DNA of 64,000 nt from Catajapyx aquilonaris (taxonomy: Eukaryota). Below, piece by piece: positions 14,376 through 27,644 of the stretch (position 1 is its first letter; each line of letters begins with the position of its first letter). The stretch is taken from the NCBI GenBank assembly GCA_000934665.2, contig JYFJ02001598.1, forward strand, positions 1-64,000. Reading direction: 5' to 3'. A program made the translations under genes and the position numbers. Below the pieces are notes generated by a model that saw only the letters and a program-made list of their open reading frames with translations, searched no databases and had not been told where the DNA came from.

Positions 14376-14725
14376 TTCTTTTTTAATTCTTTTCTAATTT
14401 AATTCTTGGGTAGTGCCTGACCCTACATAGGGTATGCGACACGGACCTTTATTGTAACTTATACATAGACCATATTTTTGAAACGCCCGGTCCCACGGGC
14501 AGGATGACAGGAGGGGATGTGCAAGGTGCAGTGCAATGTCTTAATGTGGTCATTTTTAGTGAACTCCCCCGGGTGGTTTAGTCTGTTGGAAATACCACCC
14601 GAGACGAAGCCAGAGGTGACCCTGAACTCTGCACGAGATGAAGGGGGTGTCCCCGGGCTGGGATCGAACCCGGGACCTTAACATCCGTGGGCGCATACGT
14701 TACCGCAGCACCACTCCGCCTCCCC
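14376..14725 (-). mobile_element. tRNA-derived SINE, head A + tail X
   Basis: Minus-strand A/B boxes, tail aataaaggtccgtg...gcactaccc and an A-rich end. TSD ttcccttgtcagtat at 14361-14375 and 14726-14740. Confidence 0.93.
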
Positions 14726-16796
14726 TTCCCTTGTCAGTATAATTTGCATTTTAGTGTAAATAGAAAGGCCCCTTAGATCATGGTAATGGAAAATACGTAT
14801 TAAGCCAGAAGTGACACAGTATCCAAGTCCCCATTAAAAATAAATTATATGGCTACTGTCATCTGGAGTATCACGCAAGCAACATTTTTCATTTTTGGGG
14901 TTTTCTGCCACCTGTCGCTCAAAGTGTCAAGCGTGCTTTAGTCATGGAAATGAGTAGGTCATGCACCCTTGCTCCTCTCCCCACCACCCCCTTGACTTCT
15001 CTTCCACCCATGTATACAGTACAGTACTATCGCGGTTGTTGCAGGTTTGGTTTTTGCAGGAACGGAGGTAACTAAAGTAAAGAGGTATAATAACCTATAT
15101 CAGGCGTAACTTTATAGGTATACTGTACAGTAGCGGTAGACTGCTACCTTTATCTCCCGTCATTCCAAAGTACGAACTTTCTGTGACTAGTCGTCTCAAT
15201 TTTTTTCTCATGATGGTACATGAATAATACCTCACCCGTAGAAGCTGGTGACATGATCAAAGGGTTGCAGATTAGAGGCTAATCCATAAATACTTTTAAA
15301 AGTTTCTTATATATGCTGAATGTTTCGTTAGTGCGAATATGCAAACGGTATAGGCTAATAATGTATTGCTATTCCCTCTTAGTCATTTAAAAAATGTCAC
15401 TTAGCCATGTGTGCAACACATGCACAATAATTTTTGTTTCCTTTTCGGAGAATGCAAAGAATCTATAATTATTCTCTCATAGGAATTTACGAATTTTTCT
15501 CTCGAGATAATGTTACAATATCTTACAATTGGGCTCACAATATGGGAGCATTTTACGAATACTTAAACCTAAGTAGAGAGAAGTGCAATCAATAAAAGTA
15601 ATACCGCAAACAATTATTATCTCTAACTGCGATTACGATAATTACCAGTCCTTCAAGGCATCAGCTTTGTTAGGCTTACACTAGTCCAGCAGCCATTCAA
15701 AATCTGTATACAAATAACTTCTCAAGTTATTATAACTACACACTTGAGCAGGTTATATTGTGTCTCGTTATTATGCTCACTGTAGCAGAAAGGAGCGCTT
15801 CTTCATTTCTGCGACATTTTGTCAGAGGGAATCTCAGCCATCTGCGTCGAGGCTGTTTGCAGCTTATCGAAGATGCCTGCGGTGTATTGCACTACCTACA
15901 GTATGCATTTTCCAAGTTGTAGCAGAGCAGAGTTTTGCCTCACGGCTTAATTCTTTAGACTAATGTGTTACTGCCACAATGTACTGCTCTTCTTTCTGTA
16001 CAATGTTTCGTGGAATAATTAAAAGCGTAGGCAATTATAGAATGTCCGTTATATACTAACGCAATCCATGACGATGCCATGTATGCCATATATGATGTTG
16101 CTATTAGTGCGGTCATTAATTTATTTATACAATGATTATGTACGCTGCTGCACAATTATTGCATAAATCAATTAATCATGATCAGGGAAATGTAATTTAA
16201 TGTGGTACTTACTAGAATCTTCGATGTTGAGCCGCTCCATGAGCCATTCGATCAAATCGTACCCTGAAATAAAAAACACAATGAATGCAAAATGTACAAA
16301 CTTACACTTTCGAACAATTGCAAATTAAAATATTTTAAATATTATTTTGGGGCACCCTTGATACGGTGTCCCGTCTGACAAGCTCCGTGTACTCCTTTAT
16401 GTCCAAACGGTAAAATGAGCCGAGTCATTAGTTGTCGTAGAATGTTTGTTTCTTTCATTTTCAAGGAACTTTTACAGCCAATATTCCTTGACTTCATACC
16501 TTGACTGAGCGGACTTATTTTATGGGCGCAATAAAGCATCCTACTCGCGGAAGTCCAGCTTCTTGGCAGAAAACAAATTCTATAGCTCTCATCCCTACAT
16601 ATCGATTACGAGTAGGGGCTTCGCTGTAGCCTTGACAGAGCATAAGTAATGTACAGGATGTACCAAAAAGAGAGGTTCTCTCAATCTGTGAAGGGCTAAT
16701 GCGTCACATTGTTCTTCAACATACTAAGTTTTTTTTGCTAGAATTTATCTAGTTATGAGTAAGAACAGCAAATAGTTGTTACGGTGTCTAAAACCT

Positions 16797-16901
16797 TGCG
16801 GTTTTAAAACTAGTTTTTAGTATATTATTGCGTATCCGTAGATCGGAACTGCAAGCGCCTATTGCCGGAGACTAAGACTTAAAAACTATAGTTCTAAAAC
16901 C
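16797..16901. repeat. Short degenerate inverted repeat, probable MITE relic
   Basis: cggttttaaaactagttttta ... taaaaactatagttctaaaaccg. Confidence 0.4.
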
Positions 16902-17325
16902 GTCCCTGTGTGTACCCTATAGGGGTGGAGTAAAGTGCAGATGCTAAATTAATACCGCAGGCGTGTAGCATGTGTCTCTGATATCAATCAACATTCTTCT
17001 CGGAAGTGTGTAAAATGGAATAACTAGCAGAATTAAACTATTGTTGTCATTATTGATAAATACCTTTATTTAGGTTTCCAGCGCGAGACTAGTCTTTTAT
17101 TTGGGGTATAAACTGGATGTTCCCTTTGGGGGAACAAAAACGTGGTTGTAACAAGGCCCTTGAGCCATTCCTGAGTAAACGTTATACATTTACCTCCAGC
17201 AACATACTCATAACATCACAAAAATGATGTGAGTACTGTAGTTTTCTTCTGGCCAAAATAGGGAAATTAAAGCAATTAAGAAATATGAAGTAAAGTAGAA
17301 AAATAGAGTGGATCTTTAATTAAAA

Positions 17326-18026
17326 CACAGGGTCATCGACAAAGAATGTCCCAATTTTAAAATCCTATGACTCGAAAACTCGTAGACAAATCTAAATAAT
17401 TTAAGTTTTGAAATGCTAAGAAATGTCTGACATTTTGGTCTCACCTACGTTTGTTTCGATATAAACGAAAATACGGTAATCGGTGTCGTGCCTATAACCC
17501 AATCCGACATGTATGAATTCACCATTGTGATCATATCCCATAGGTGCTGGAGATGCCGGATCTTTTCACCATACATGTATCTCCACAAAAAAGTCAATCG
17601 GGGTAAGATCTGGGCTTCTGGGGGTGCTAGGCATGGGGAATCTTCACATTCAAGACTTCGCACACTGGGGGGCTGAACAAATGAAACTTTCCTACTGCAA
17701 GATTATTTCATTGGTGAGGCGACTTTTTATGTGCATCATCAAGAACAATGTGTGTGGTGTAAAGACCCATCATCTCCAGCACATACGGTTTAGGATCACA
17801 ACAGTAACTCACTCCAAATATCACTGAGCGGGTTTTGTTTGAGACCGAATATATACTTTTTATTTTCTGAGAGACAAATGGAGCTCATATCGAAACAAAC
17901 TATAAGGTGATACGAAAACTTTAAGACATTTCATAGCATTTCAAAACTTAAACAATTTAGATATGTCTACTAGTTTTCGAGTTATAGGATTTTTAAATTG
18001 GGACATTCTTTTTCTATGACCCTGTG
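17326..18026. mobile_element. Tc1/mariner-derived fold-back element with two inverted transposase C-terminal relics
   Basis: Termini cacagggtcat...atgaccctgtg|ta with ~140-bp clearly inverted ends. The minus strand encodes PRSPDLTPIDFF and the plus strand encodes IIKNNVCGVKTHHLQHIRFRI. Confidence 0.85.
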
Positions 18027-19836
18027 TATCCACGCAATATTTCAACAAGTGCAGTTATAAGTTATTGGAGTCGATCGGTTTTTGTATATGCTAGGTTGGC
18101 ATTGACAAGGTTCTGCAAACATGAGCGTATAGAAAAAAAGCTCGTCTGTAACTAAAACGTCTTTAGATCGCCCGTGTTGAAGATTCAATATGTTGTACCA
18201 CGGGTGTTTAAAAAACGGTTACTGCGCATTACGTCAGTTCACTTTTATAATCCAGAATTACAACCCTGTATGCAGTAGGGGGGACAAGGGCACATCGATT
18301 CAATTGTTATAACTACATATTTTATATCATTTCCGAGTATATCTACATATCTCGGAAATTCTAAATAGCGCAGAACAATATCGATGGAGGCTCTCTGATT
18401 TTTAATTTATTAACCTGCATTGTAATAGCTGCATACTAAATTTATAAAAAAAACTGCGCAGTAACTACCAGCACTGGGCACAGTGCTCCACAAACACAAG
18501 TTGTCGATTACACGTGGCATTATTTTTGGTACAGTCTGCATGCAGCTGATATAAACTTGTACATGATTCCCAGGATAACCATCATGTTTTTTTTTTAAAG
18601 TATGGCGCATGCTTCCACCTATGCCCTCTTGGCGCTGCTTGCGGGGGGTACAATGCAGTTTTTTTCCCCCCCTGTAGTTTACTATGCATTGGCAAAAAGT
18701 CTTTCCATCTTCCTCTAGTCCACGTGGATTCGAGAAAAACGATCTCCAAGCAACCACCTTTGTCGACAACCGGTTAATTTATTAAAGAGGGAATGTCAAT
18801 TTTGCCTTGCCACGTAAGTACGGTACCTTTAGTTTTGGAAGATACAGTATAGTGCTAGAGCAACACCATCTCTTCGAATGCATTTCGCACATTGAAGGAC
18901 TGTGTTTGTGTCTCAATTTACTGGGGTTCCCAAAAGTTAGATCAGTTCTATATCGGTGAAAATCTAGCGAATGTTCCTGATGCAAGTTGCCCTCTTGTAT
19001 AAAGGCCCGTTTGCACGAGGCCGTTACTATCAAAATATGAGCGTTGCGTGCAGAGCTATCCGCCAATGGCAGACGAAACAGTAGGTCCGTATATGTACAC
19101 TTACGAGCATGTTAGGCAGGTGTTTACATAAGCCTTTGTTATTTTGCTGCGGGCCGCAGGATATAGTGAGGAAAATGGCATAAACAGACAAACTTAAGTA
19201 ATCTTAATTAATTATCGTAAACAATACACAAACATAGATTTAATATCAATTTTGGACTTATGGCATTACGGAATTCAAGAGTGGTTGCGTATGTTCTGTC
19301 ACCCCAGCGACAGACGTAAAAATCAAAGCCGCTGCACGCTGATGGAGGTCATTAATTCACAATATATCCAGTGAAAATGTGCGGAGCGGCGCACGAGCGA
19401 ATTATCAGGGGCATAGGAAACCTATCTCCGACATTCAGATAAACAGTTGAGAACTCTTTACCGCCCGATTGTCCTTCATCCAGTAGGTCAGGTTGGACTC
19501 CAGCGAATTCGCCGCCGCGACGCGACGCGCCAAGACGCCGCTCGCAGCGTTACCGCTCCCTATACGAGTATTTCGCCCCGATAACTTTCCACCGAATTTG
19601 TGAAACGGCCTTCAGAGATGGAAAATTTTGTGCAGCTGTCACATGCATGTCGTGTGTGGCGGCCTGCGTGCTGGGGTCAGCTGATCTCCACACTGATTGG
19701 CGGGCCGCGCTTATTTTCCTAGCAATGGCCTCGTGTACACGGGATGTAAGAGTCGTTCAGACTTCTTGTGAATGCAAGCAGTCAATCACGGCTTTCAACC
19801 ATGGTGCAAACCTGACTTAGAAGCGCAGGCAATATG

Positions 19837-19927
19837 CAGGGTGTTCTAAGTTCGGGGGTCACTTCTTGATAACTCCTGTCGGGCGATATCAGTTATCAAG
19901 AAGACCCCCTGAACTTGGAATACCTTG
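19837..19927. mobile_element. Tiny Tc1/mariner-type MITE (91 bp)
   Basis: cagggtgttctaagttcggggg...cttcttgataact / agttatcaagaag...ccccctgaacttggaataccttg|ta. Confidence 0.75.
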
Positions 19928-20158
19928 TATTTACCGATACGCGTCTGATCTGATTTTCGGGATATTCTGTACTATTGAATAATAACATTATTTTCTCTGT
20001 GAGGCAATCTCAAACTAGAACCACTTATGAGCATTCAAATATTAAATTAAGCTTAGATATTTATTGCACGAAAGATTTTGCACAAAAATAACCTTTACTT
20101 TTAAACTTTATATACTGACTTGAAATATATTATACAACCACTATATATCTAAACAACT

Positions 20159-20490
20159 TATGGAGGTGAAGTGGGGCTGCGGTAACGCACGCGCCCACGG
20201 ATGTTAAGGTCCCGGGTTCGATCCCAGCCCGGGGACACCCTCTTCATCTCCTGTAGAGTTTGGGCAATCTCTGGCTTCGTCTCGGGTGGGACTCCTTATA
20301 CTAACCACCCGGGGGAGTTCACAAAATGACCTCACCCGCGACATTGCACTGCACTGTGCACATACCCTCCTGTCATCCTGCCCGTGGTTCCGGGCGCTTC
20401 GTCAAAGGTTCCAACTTGTGAACAAGCTGTACAAGTTAATAAATAAAGGTCCGTGCAATACCCCAAGAGTGGTCCAAGCACTACCCGGAT

Positions 20491-20527
<37 letters not shown>
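20159..20527 (+). mobile_element. tRNA-derived SINE, head A + tail X, (TTTA)n end
   Basis: B box ggttcgatcc and homology to the other two head-A copies. TSD tatatctaaacaact at 20144-20158 and 20528-20542. Confidence 0.93.
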
Positions 20528-20529
<2 letters not shown>

Positions 20530-20612
20530 TATCTAAACAACTGTCTATCACGTACGTGCATTAGCTACCATATCATTCTAATGAACAACTTGACCTATAA
20601 TAAGTCTTATTT

Positions 20613-20884
20613 ACCGAAGCAGGTTGGTGTAGGGGATAAGGAGCCCGCCTGCTAGTCGGGAGGTCCTGGGTTCGAATCCCGGGGCCGGCGACCCTGGCTA
20701 TGGATTTCTGTGGTTTTCCATGGTCCCCCCCCCCAGGACAATTCCGGGGTCGTTTCCGTAAAAATAGGCCACATCCGCTTCCTTCTTCCCTATCCCTGGT
20801 CCCATCCAATGGTGGCAATCCACCCCTCTAAGGGAGCCAAAAGGCTCTAGCACGGGGTATGAAATAAATAAATAAATAAAATAA
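20613..20884 (+). mobile_element. tRNA-derived SINE, head B + tail Y, (AAAT)n end
   Basis: A box tggtgtagggg and B box ggttcgaatcc. TSD aataagtcttatt (20599-20611) / aataagtctaatt (20885-20897). Confidence 0.9.
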
Positions 20885-22949
20885 AATAAGTCTAATTGGT
20901 TGACCCATCTTGCACGTGTACATAACGTACAGTACTTTGATTCCACAAAGTGACGCACGGGCACAGAATAAAGTCGGGTTGTGCAACAGGCAGTCTTTTG
21001 GCCGGATCCCACACGACTGCACCCTCTTAAGAGCTCTCAGCAGGTTCTAATGGTCACTATAAGTGCAGTCGCCTCGACGTAACCTGCTACCCGAAGTAAA
21101 ATCGGGTACTCAGACCGAGTCAATAATTACCTTTCACTTGCCTTCCCGCGTCCCACTTCCCACCGTGTCAGCATTCATCATGCCCTCTTAGTACTTCTTC
21201 CGACCTGCAAGGTATGCTTTTTGTGAGACAAGGCTGCGGTTGCATAAGAGCCAGGATTGCACTCTCATCGTGGTGTGGCCTTTGTACCGTACAGTACTGT
21301 ACTCACAAATCTGCCGAAACAGCTGCATATTGCAATAAGGTCATGCTTTCAGACTACTGTACTAGAATAAAAACATGATCTTATCGCAATGTGCAGATGC
21401 GGCTTTTTTCTGTAATACGGCAGGCATTCCCAGGTTTTTCTATCTCGAAAAAGTGAATCTATTGTATATATGCTTCTCTCCGCAGATCACATTAAAAATA
21501 TAACTTCCCTCCTTTCTCGGCATATAAAACTGGCTTACTATGCATAGAATAAGCAGTTGCAATTCGCATTCTATTTCGGTCAGAATTAGTGGGGGATTGA
21601 ACTTAAAAGATAAGCGATCTTGTCCTACACCCAATAATAACTTAAGCAGCTTATGCTTTTGGCCATGAATTAAGCACTATATCTGAAGAAAAAAAAACTG
21701 ATCCCCCGAAACCTCAGACGTGCCACACCAGCCGGTACTTGGGTAAGAAAACCAATATTGTTCCGGCTGTGCAGTACTGTATGTAGCGCAGCAGCTACAC
21801 CCCCTCTTGTCTGCCCCATGCTGACACCTCCCTATACATAATTCACCCAACTGGAAAAGCCTTGAATGGCTGCATGCCAAAATGAATAATTGTATGGCAC
21901 TAAGCAGCCAGCTTGGAGGTTTGTGCGTGTGCGTGCTGGAATCACGTATTCTACGTGTACCTGAAACCACAGTATATATACACACTGCACCTTCTGCCCT
22001 GGCTTAACCGTTGCACCTGACCACCCCCCTTTGCCCCTGGAGAACGATTTCCATTCACTAATTCATTCATTCCTTCATTCATGCCTTGAGATTTCCATTG
22101 AGAGAAAGGACAAGGCCGGATTTTCCTGTGTGAAAAGCAGGAAGTTGGGTCAGGAAGATCACAATGGTACTCGCACCCATTCATTCCGGACGTGTCGGCT
22201 CTATTTGTGAGCAAAACGGTCTGCTTGCACAGTATAAGGTGCACTGTACTGTTAACATGCAGGTGTTTGAATGGAAGAAATGTCAACCGTTTTACGCCGG
22301 TCGTGCACTCGCTAATTATGTAGCATAATAATGCATCTGTCAAATTCCTATTATTTTTTGCATACCCCTTTGATCTTTGCTACATTACATAAATGTGCTG
22401 GTGCTTAAAATATTTGTCCGTACAAAAATGTGTGCTTCACCTCATTTACAGTAATTGCTCTATTTCCGATTGCGCGAGTGTGGAAAACTCACCCATAAAA
22501 GCGGCTGGGATGGCGGTAAGGAATAGCTTCTGGCTTCGGACCGGAACTCCAGTCTCGGGCTCCTGCATCTCTCGCACCAGAGCTTCCATCTGAAACAACA
22601 ACAGGGTAACAGTCAAGTGATAATTCCATTAAAATCTCAAGTGGAATGGCAGTCACTGGAACCGGAGTGACAATCTTGCTCAGAATCTGGAAGGAAAATA
22701 AAGTGGACCCTTCCAATGAGTATTTGGAATGTCAACGTCAGGTTTGACAAAGAACGATGGGAGAACTCGACTCAATGACAGGCGGTGTATAGAAATAGTA
22801 GGGAGAAAAAGCATTCAAATAACTTACGACTTTTCCAGAAAGAACTCATAAATTTGCTGTACTAATGTTAATATTGTGCCTATACAAAATATTATATTGG
22901 CTCAAATTGGTTCCTGCAAGTCGATATTATTGTTGTTATAGTTGCTAGC

Positions 22950-23390
22950 GGGAGGTCCAATATTTTCATGATGTTGCTACAGACTTTTGGTCAGCAATCA
23001 GCGGGTCAGATGTACGGCTTTCTCTATCTATAATTGCAGTTAATCAGCGTGCAGGCGCGGTCACATTTTTTTCTCAGTGTTATTTGGAGAACAAAAAAAA
23101 ATGCAATTGCCTTCTTATGCGGAATCCTTAGATAGGTATTTTCTTATTACTTCAGACTATAGGTTACTACTTGGTTGTATAGCAGTGCGAGGTGAGAGCT
23201 AAAAGTTTCGCTACTTTAATTTTTCTCGTGTTGCTATATGGCTCCATCCTATACGACCAAACCCGTAGAGCCGCTATAAAAAAACTTTCACGCCAATATG
23301 CCACTTTGAAGTGGTTCCAGGAGGCAATAATACTTGTCCTATATAATGCTATAGGAGTTGACACATGAGCATATACTTACTCAGCGTGAG
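22950..23390 (+). pseudogene. Possible very old LINE ORF2 relic (post-RT region)
   Basis: Frame near 23211 reads TLIFLVLLYGSILYDQTRRAAIKKLSRQYATLK, resembling the LINE motif LIRP.LEYGS.VY......LKKL..IQ..ALR. The similarity is weak. Confidence 0.3.
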
Positions 23391-23753
23391 TCTGAAAAGG
23401 TTATAAATTATAAAAAAGAAATTATTATTCAGGTAAAACTTTCTGACCCAAGACGACATGTGATGGCAGGAGCACTGTGTATCATATGTTCATTAAAACA
23501 GTCAGTATCTCGGAGAAGCAATTTTATCAAAAAGCATTTCAAGTTCACAACGATGCACGTTCCTTACAGTTGACCCGCAAACAAGCGTTACATGCGTGGT
23601 GTGGACTGTAATTATATTAGTTTTTATCTTTCTGTTTAATTAATACTTCAATAATGAAAGGGTAGCCAGATCATAATTGTACGTGCATGTAGATGAGGAA
23701 TGATTGGAAGCACGGACTATATACAGAATACGGCAGTTCTATTTTAGGTGATA

Positions 23754-24150
23754 CAGGGTGTACCAACTAAACTGTTTGTATCGGTCAACAAAACTTCGGC
23801 AATGAACTTATTCTTAAGTAATTATTTTCAAGTTCCTGCTATGTGAGCTTTAACAAAAACATTAATTAATAGGTTGAATGGAAACACTATTGTTGAGGAC
23901 CATCTGCACATGTTGCCTGATTACATGCCTCTTTCAAGCCCCAGTTCTTAAGATAGCTCGACGAAGAGAAATCAGAAGGACTCAAGTCGAACGGCATGGG
24001 ATAGCCGATTATTTCTGGTATATAATCCTTCGATCCTGTAATAAATTTTTCATCTTTGTGGATTTCGCTGGGACAGAGTGTCCTACTTTGTGTTTTCACT
24101 TTCATGTGTAAAGTCGAGAGAGCCGCTAACCCAGTAAGTCCGCACCAGGA
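23754..24150 (-). pseudogene. Decayed Tc1/mariner transposase 3' part with TIR end
   Basis: The minus ORF has PFDLSPSDFSSSSYLK (SPDLxPxDFxxWxYL motif). A ta|cagggtgt terminus lies downstream at 23754. Confidence 0.6.
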
Positions 24151-27100
24151 ACACATGATCCGGCAGCTTGTACCGCGTAATGCAATAATGACACTCTCTC
24201 TGAAAAGAAAGGTCGCCACAGCCTTCCAATTATTAAGAGTGGGCGTATGACATGGAATAGCTTGGCTCTCTAGAAACAGTTGCAAGCCCATACAATTTGC
24301 TCTTCGCAATCCCAGCCAAATGTGTGAGTTGCATTTTAAAAGGATCCACCTGTATTAAAACAAATAATTAGAATATTAATACTGTATTATGTAACCAGGA
24401 ACTGATGATGTTGAATCTATCATAATCTTTTCTTTATACTAGAGACTAGACCAACCACTTTTGTGTTTTTTGTTTGGCTTTGATTTAACAGAGGTCGAAA
24501 GAGAAGAGCTGGAGCAGCAAATCTAGTTTTAAGAGCCAGTTAACACCACTACTGCAAAAATAGTAAACTGTGTACATGGCATAGTGGCAGGGATCCCAAG
24601 TTTTTGTCTTCATTTTTTGGCCACCACTGCATGGGTGGCCGTGTTCACGAGACATTTTTGTCGAGAGCACTCGGCATATATTAACCTCATTGTAATGTAG
24701 CCAGGAGCAGAAGAGGTCTACATGACATCCTGTTACATACAAAATTCTGCGAGATAATCATGTTCCACAGAATCTGCTATAACCTCTGAAACGGAATATT
24801 CTTATGTGGCCTTTTTAAAGCATCGTTGGGATTTTAAAATCTCTGGAGCATTTTCGTCTGACAAGCCTTTTCATTGCAATAAACATATAGCTATTAGTGG
24901 TATTTTAGTGGTATATACTAGAATACAATTTTATCATGGGATTACAATGATGGATGCCTTTGAAGATTACGGTTAAAATGCCATTATAACATCACGATAT
25001 GTAATCATCACATTCTCGTTTTCTTGGTATTCCTTTACAAGTTCTTAAAAACCTCCTCTCTAAATTGCAAGGACTGGTGTGAAATTGACAACTTCAAAAA
25101 AAGAGTGAACGTGATTTCACTTTGAGCGTCTTTTCTAGCTGTTACGTTCCTCATGTGGACAGGAAGCTGTTGTCCAAGTGGAGTGACAATATTTGACAAT
25201 ATTGGATGAATCTGACACAGTTTTGGGATTGATTTTGGAGGAAATCGCGAGCATTACAGCTACCTGAGCCGTTCAGTATAGTGGCCCACATCCCTTGTTT
25301 ATAGCATACCAATAAGAGTGACGTATCCTCACGTTCAGGTTACGTCTTTTAATCTAGGTTGAAAATTTGACTCTTGCTGAACTGGTATGGCAATCAACAC
25401 CAACACTGGACCACCGTTTAATTTATTGAGGTGGCCAAGTGTTTTCCGACAGCAGAAATCAGTGTTATTCAAAGAAGTTTTGGGGCAAAATGCCAGGTAA
25501 GTAGTTAGTGCCTCTGTTGCCAGGCACGGTTCAAGCCTGTAGTTACATAGGGTGCTTTCACCCTGTAGAGGGACAGACTGGCTATAGACGAGGTCTGGGT
25601 GATGTAGGCACAACTCCGGCTCACTTCCCACCGTGACTAAGTCGAGCGTACACGCCGTACACCGCGAGTGGACTTTGGGTATCAACTCGGAAGAATGGCA
25701 CACAGTTGTGCTCTTCTGAAGGTCTGCAAATATTTTTGCTCTCCTAGAACAAATCCAGTAGGGCTAATTGTGGTGTCAGTTTACAAGATGGATGCAAATC
25801 AGAAGATAGGCATTCACAAAATAGTGTAGCCTACATTGCAGCACTCATTGTTTGAAGCTCTTTGGAGTACACTGGGGCCTTTCTCGAGACACTTAAGAAC
25901 AATAATAGAGTAAACCTCGAGTGCACTTCGGAGCACAGAATTGATCATCCCAAAATTAGCAGTTTACTGGACATTTCTGCTTTTGTCATCAGCTCCAAAT
26001 GCGTCATTATACTGGGACACAAAATAATAGGCGTTGGAAAACGTTACTGTAGGCCTACCATACTCAAGGCAGTCAGAAACATTGTGTAGAAATTATAGAT
26101 TTCACATTTGAGCATGCACTATGCAGAACACCATTTGCACCAAAAATATTTTGGTCGACCAAGCAAAGTATGTATCCTACAGATTACCTATATCTTACTA
26201 TAGCTATCATGCTTCGGTGGCAGAGTTTCCGCCTTGTATAGTCAACCTTCTCTTACCGGCTGTTCTAAAGTATAGCGTATATGCAGACAATATAAGTTCG
26301 GCAACGTTCCTGCAATACAAATTAAAAATTCCTGTATACAAAATATGCTGAATATTTCCTGCGAGGCCTTTGTTTGCTTGCATCATACACAGGCAGAAAC
26401 ATGAACACATGAAAAATGGTGTAATGTTGTTTTCATTTTTTTTGCCAAAGTCCCAGAGGTTGTGTAGCATTGTGTGCCAACAAGGTTCGTATAAAAGAAA
26501 TGGGTAGGATGCCTGGGGGCGTCTGATTATGCCCTAAATTTCATTATACGGAAGCATGCAAGAATGATGAGGAAATCACGGGGATGAGCATCATCGTCAA
26601 CCTTAACAACATCAATTACTCATCAAGTAGTAATTAAACCTTGGTTTCATGCCATGATGGCACATTGAGCCATTATATTTTAATTATTATATGAAATATA
26701 AATTATCAGTTTATAGATTTCTCTGCCACAATTCTGTACGTCTTCGTATCTAATATCAGTAGGCCTAACACCCTTCAAAGCACTGATTCTTGTGCTTCAT
26801 TTCAGGATTTGTCAAAGGGGCAGGATTTGTGACAAGATATTAATATGATGGGTTCTTGTTCCAATCTCATAATACTTGTCTCACCTGTGTATAATTTCCC
26901 TTTTAAAATGTTATAATATATAAAATTTAAATAAATATACATTATTTTGATCCTATCGCCGGTTTCCTTAAGTCACCTGTGATCAAGCACAATTTCATGA
27001 AACCTATAGACAATTTGTGTAGTATATCATGGCATGACAAACTAAGTAATTGAAAACTTGTTTTGAAAATCGGCATTTGAAACTATTGAAAGGGATGATG

Positions 27101-27644
27101 AGGAGCTGACCTGGCCGGAACAATATTATGTAATAGGCATCTAATTATTTCTTTCATTTTAGTGGGTAACTAAACACTGGTAAGGTTGTTAATCATTATT
27201 ACACAGCTGCGTAAGCGAGACAAGCCAATACAAACTTTAAAAATATTTTAATCATGCTTCTAGTACTAACCCACAGGTAACGTTACACTACGCCAAGAAC
27301 TTTTCTCGCCTGAGTGAAAACGGCAGCAATTTTGAAACTAAGACCTCAATGTCACTTTTCACTAATGCGTATTTGGAAAAAGTTGGAAATGGGGAAAGCA
27401 GACTTTGGTTTTTTTCTCTTCCCCCCCCCTCCCCCNCCCCCCCCCTGCGGTTTTCTGAGTCATCGACCTTTCTGAGTGCTCCGACTTCCTCTCGGGCAAT
27501 GCCCGGCTCCTAACGGGATTAAGCTGCAACTAGCTTCAACTTCTCTTTCCTGCCTCCAGTACGAAGAGTGGTCACTCCCTCACCCACTGTGGCAGCAACT
27601 TCGGACAATCTGACTGAAACAAAACGGTTGGACATTTGACTCAC

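Noticed and set aside
18410..19066. Possible further Tc3-like transposase relic on the minus strand
   Set aside because: Only a vague motif resemblance, and no correctly oriented TIR.
21130..21205. Minus-strand segment bounded by ttgcag and gtaatt as the next coding exon
   Set aside because: Stop codons occur in all three frames.
27264..27282. tactaacccacag|gtaacg as a branch point or recursive splice site
   Set aside because: It is on the opposite strand to the gene, and the branch point is too close to the AG.
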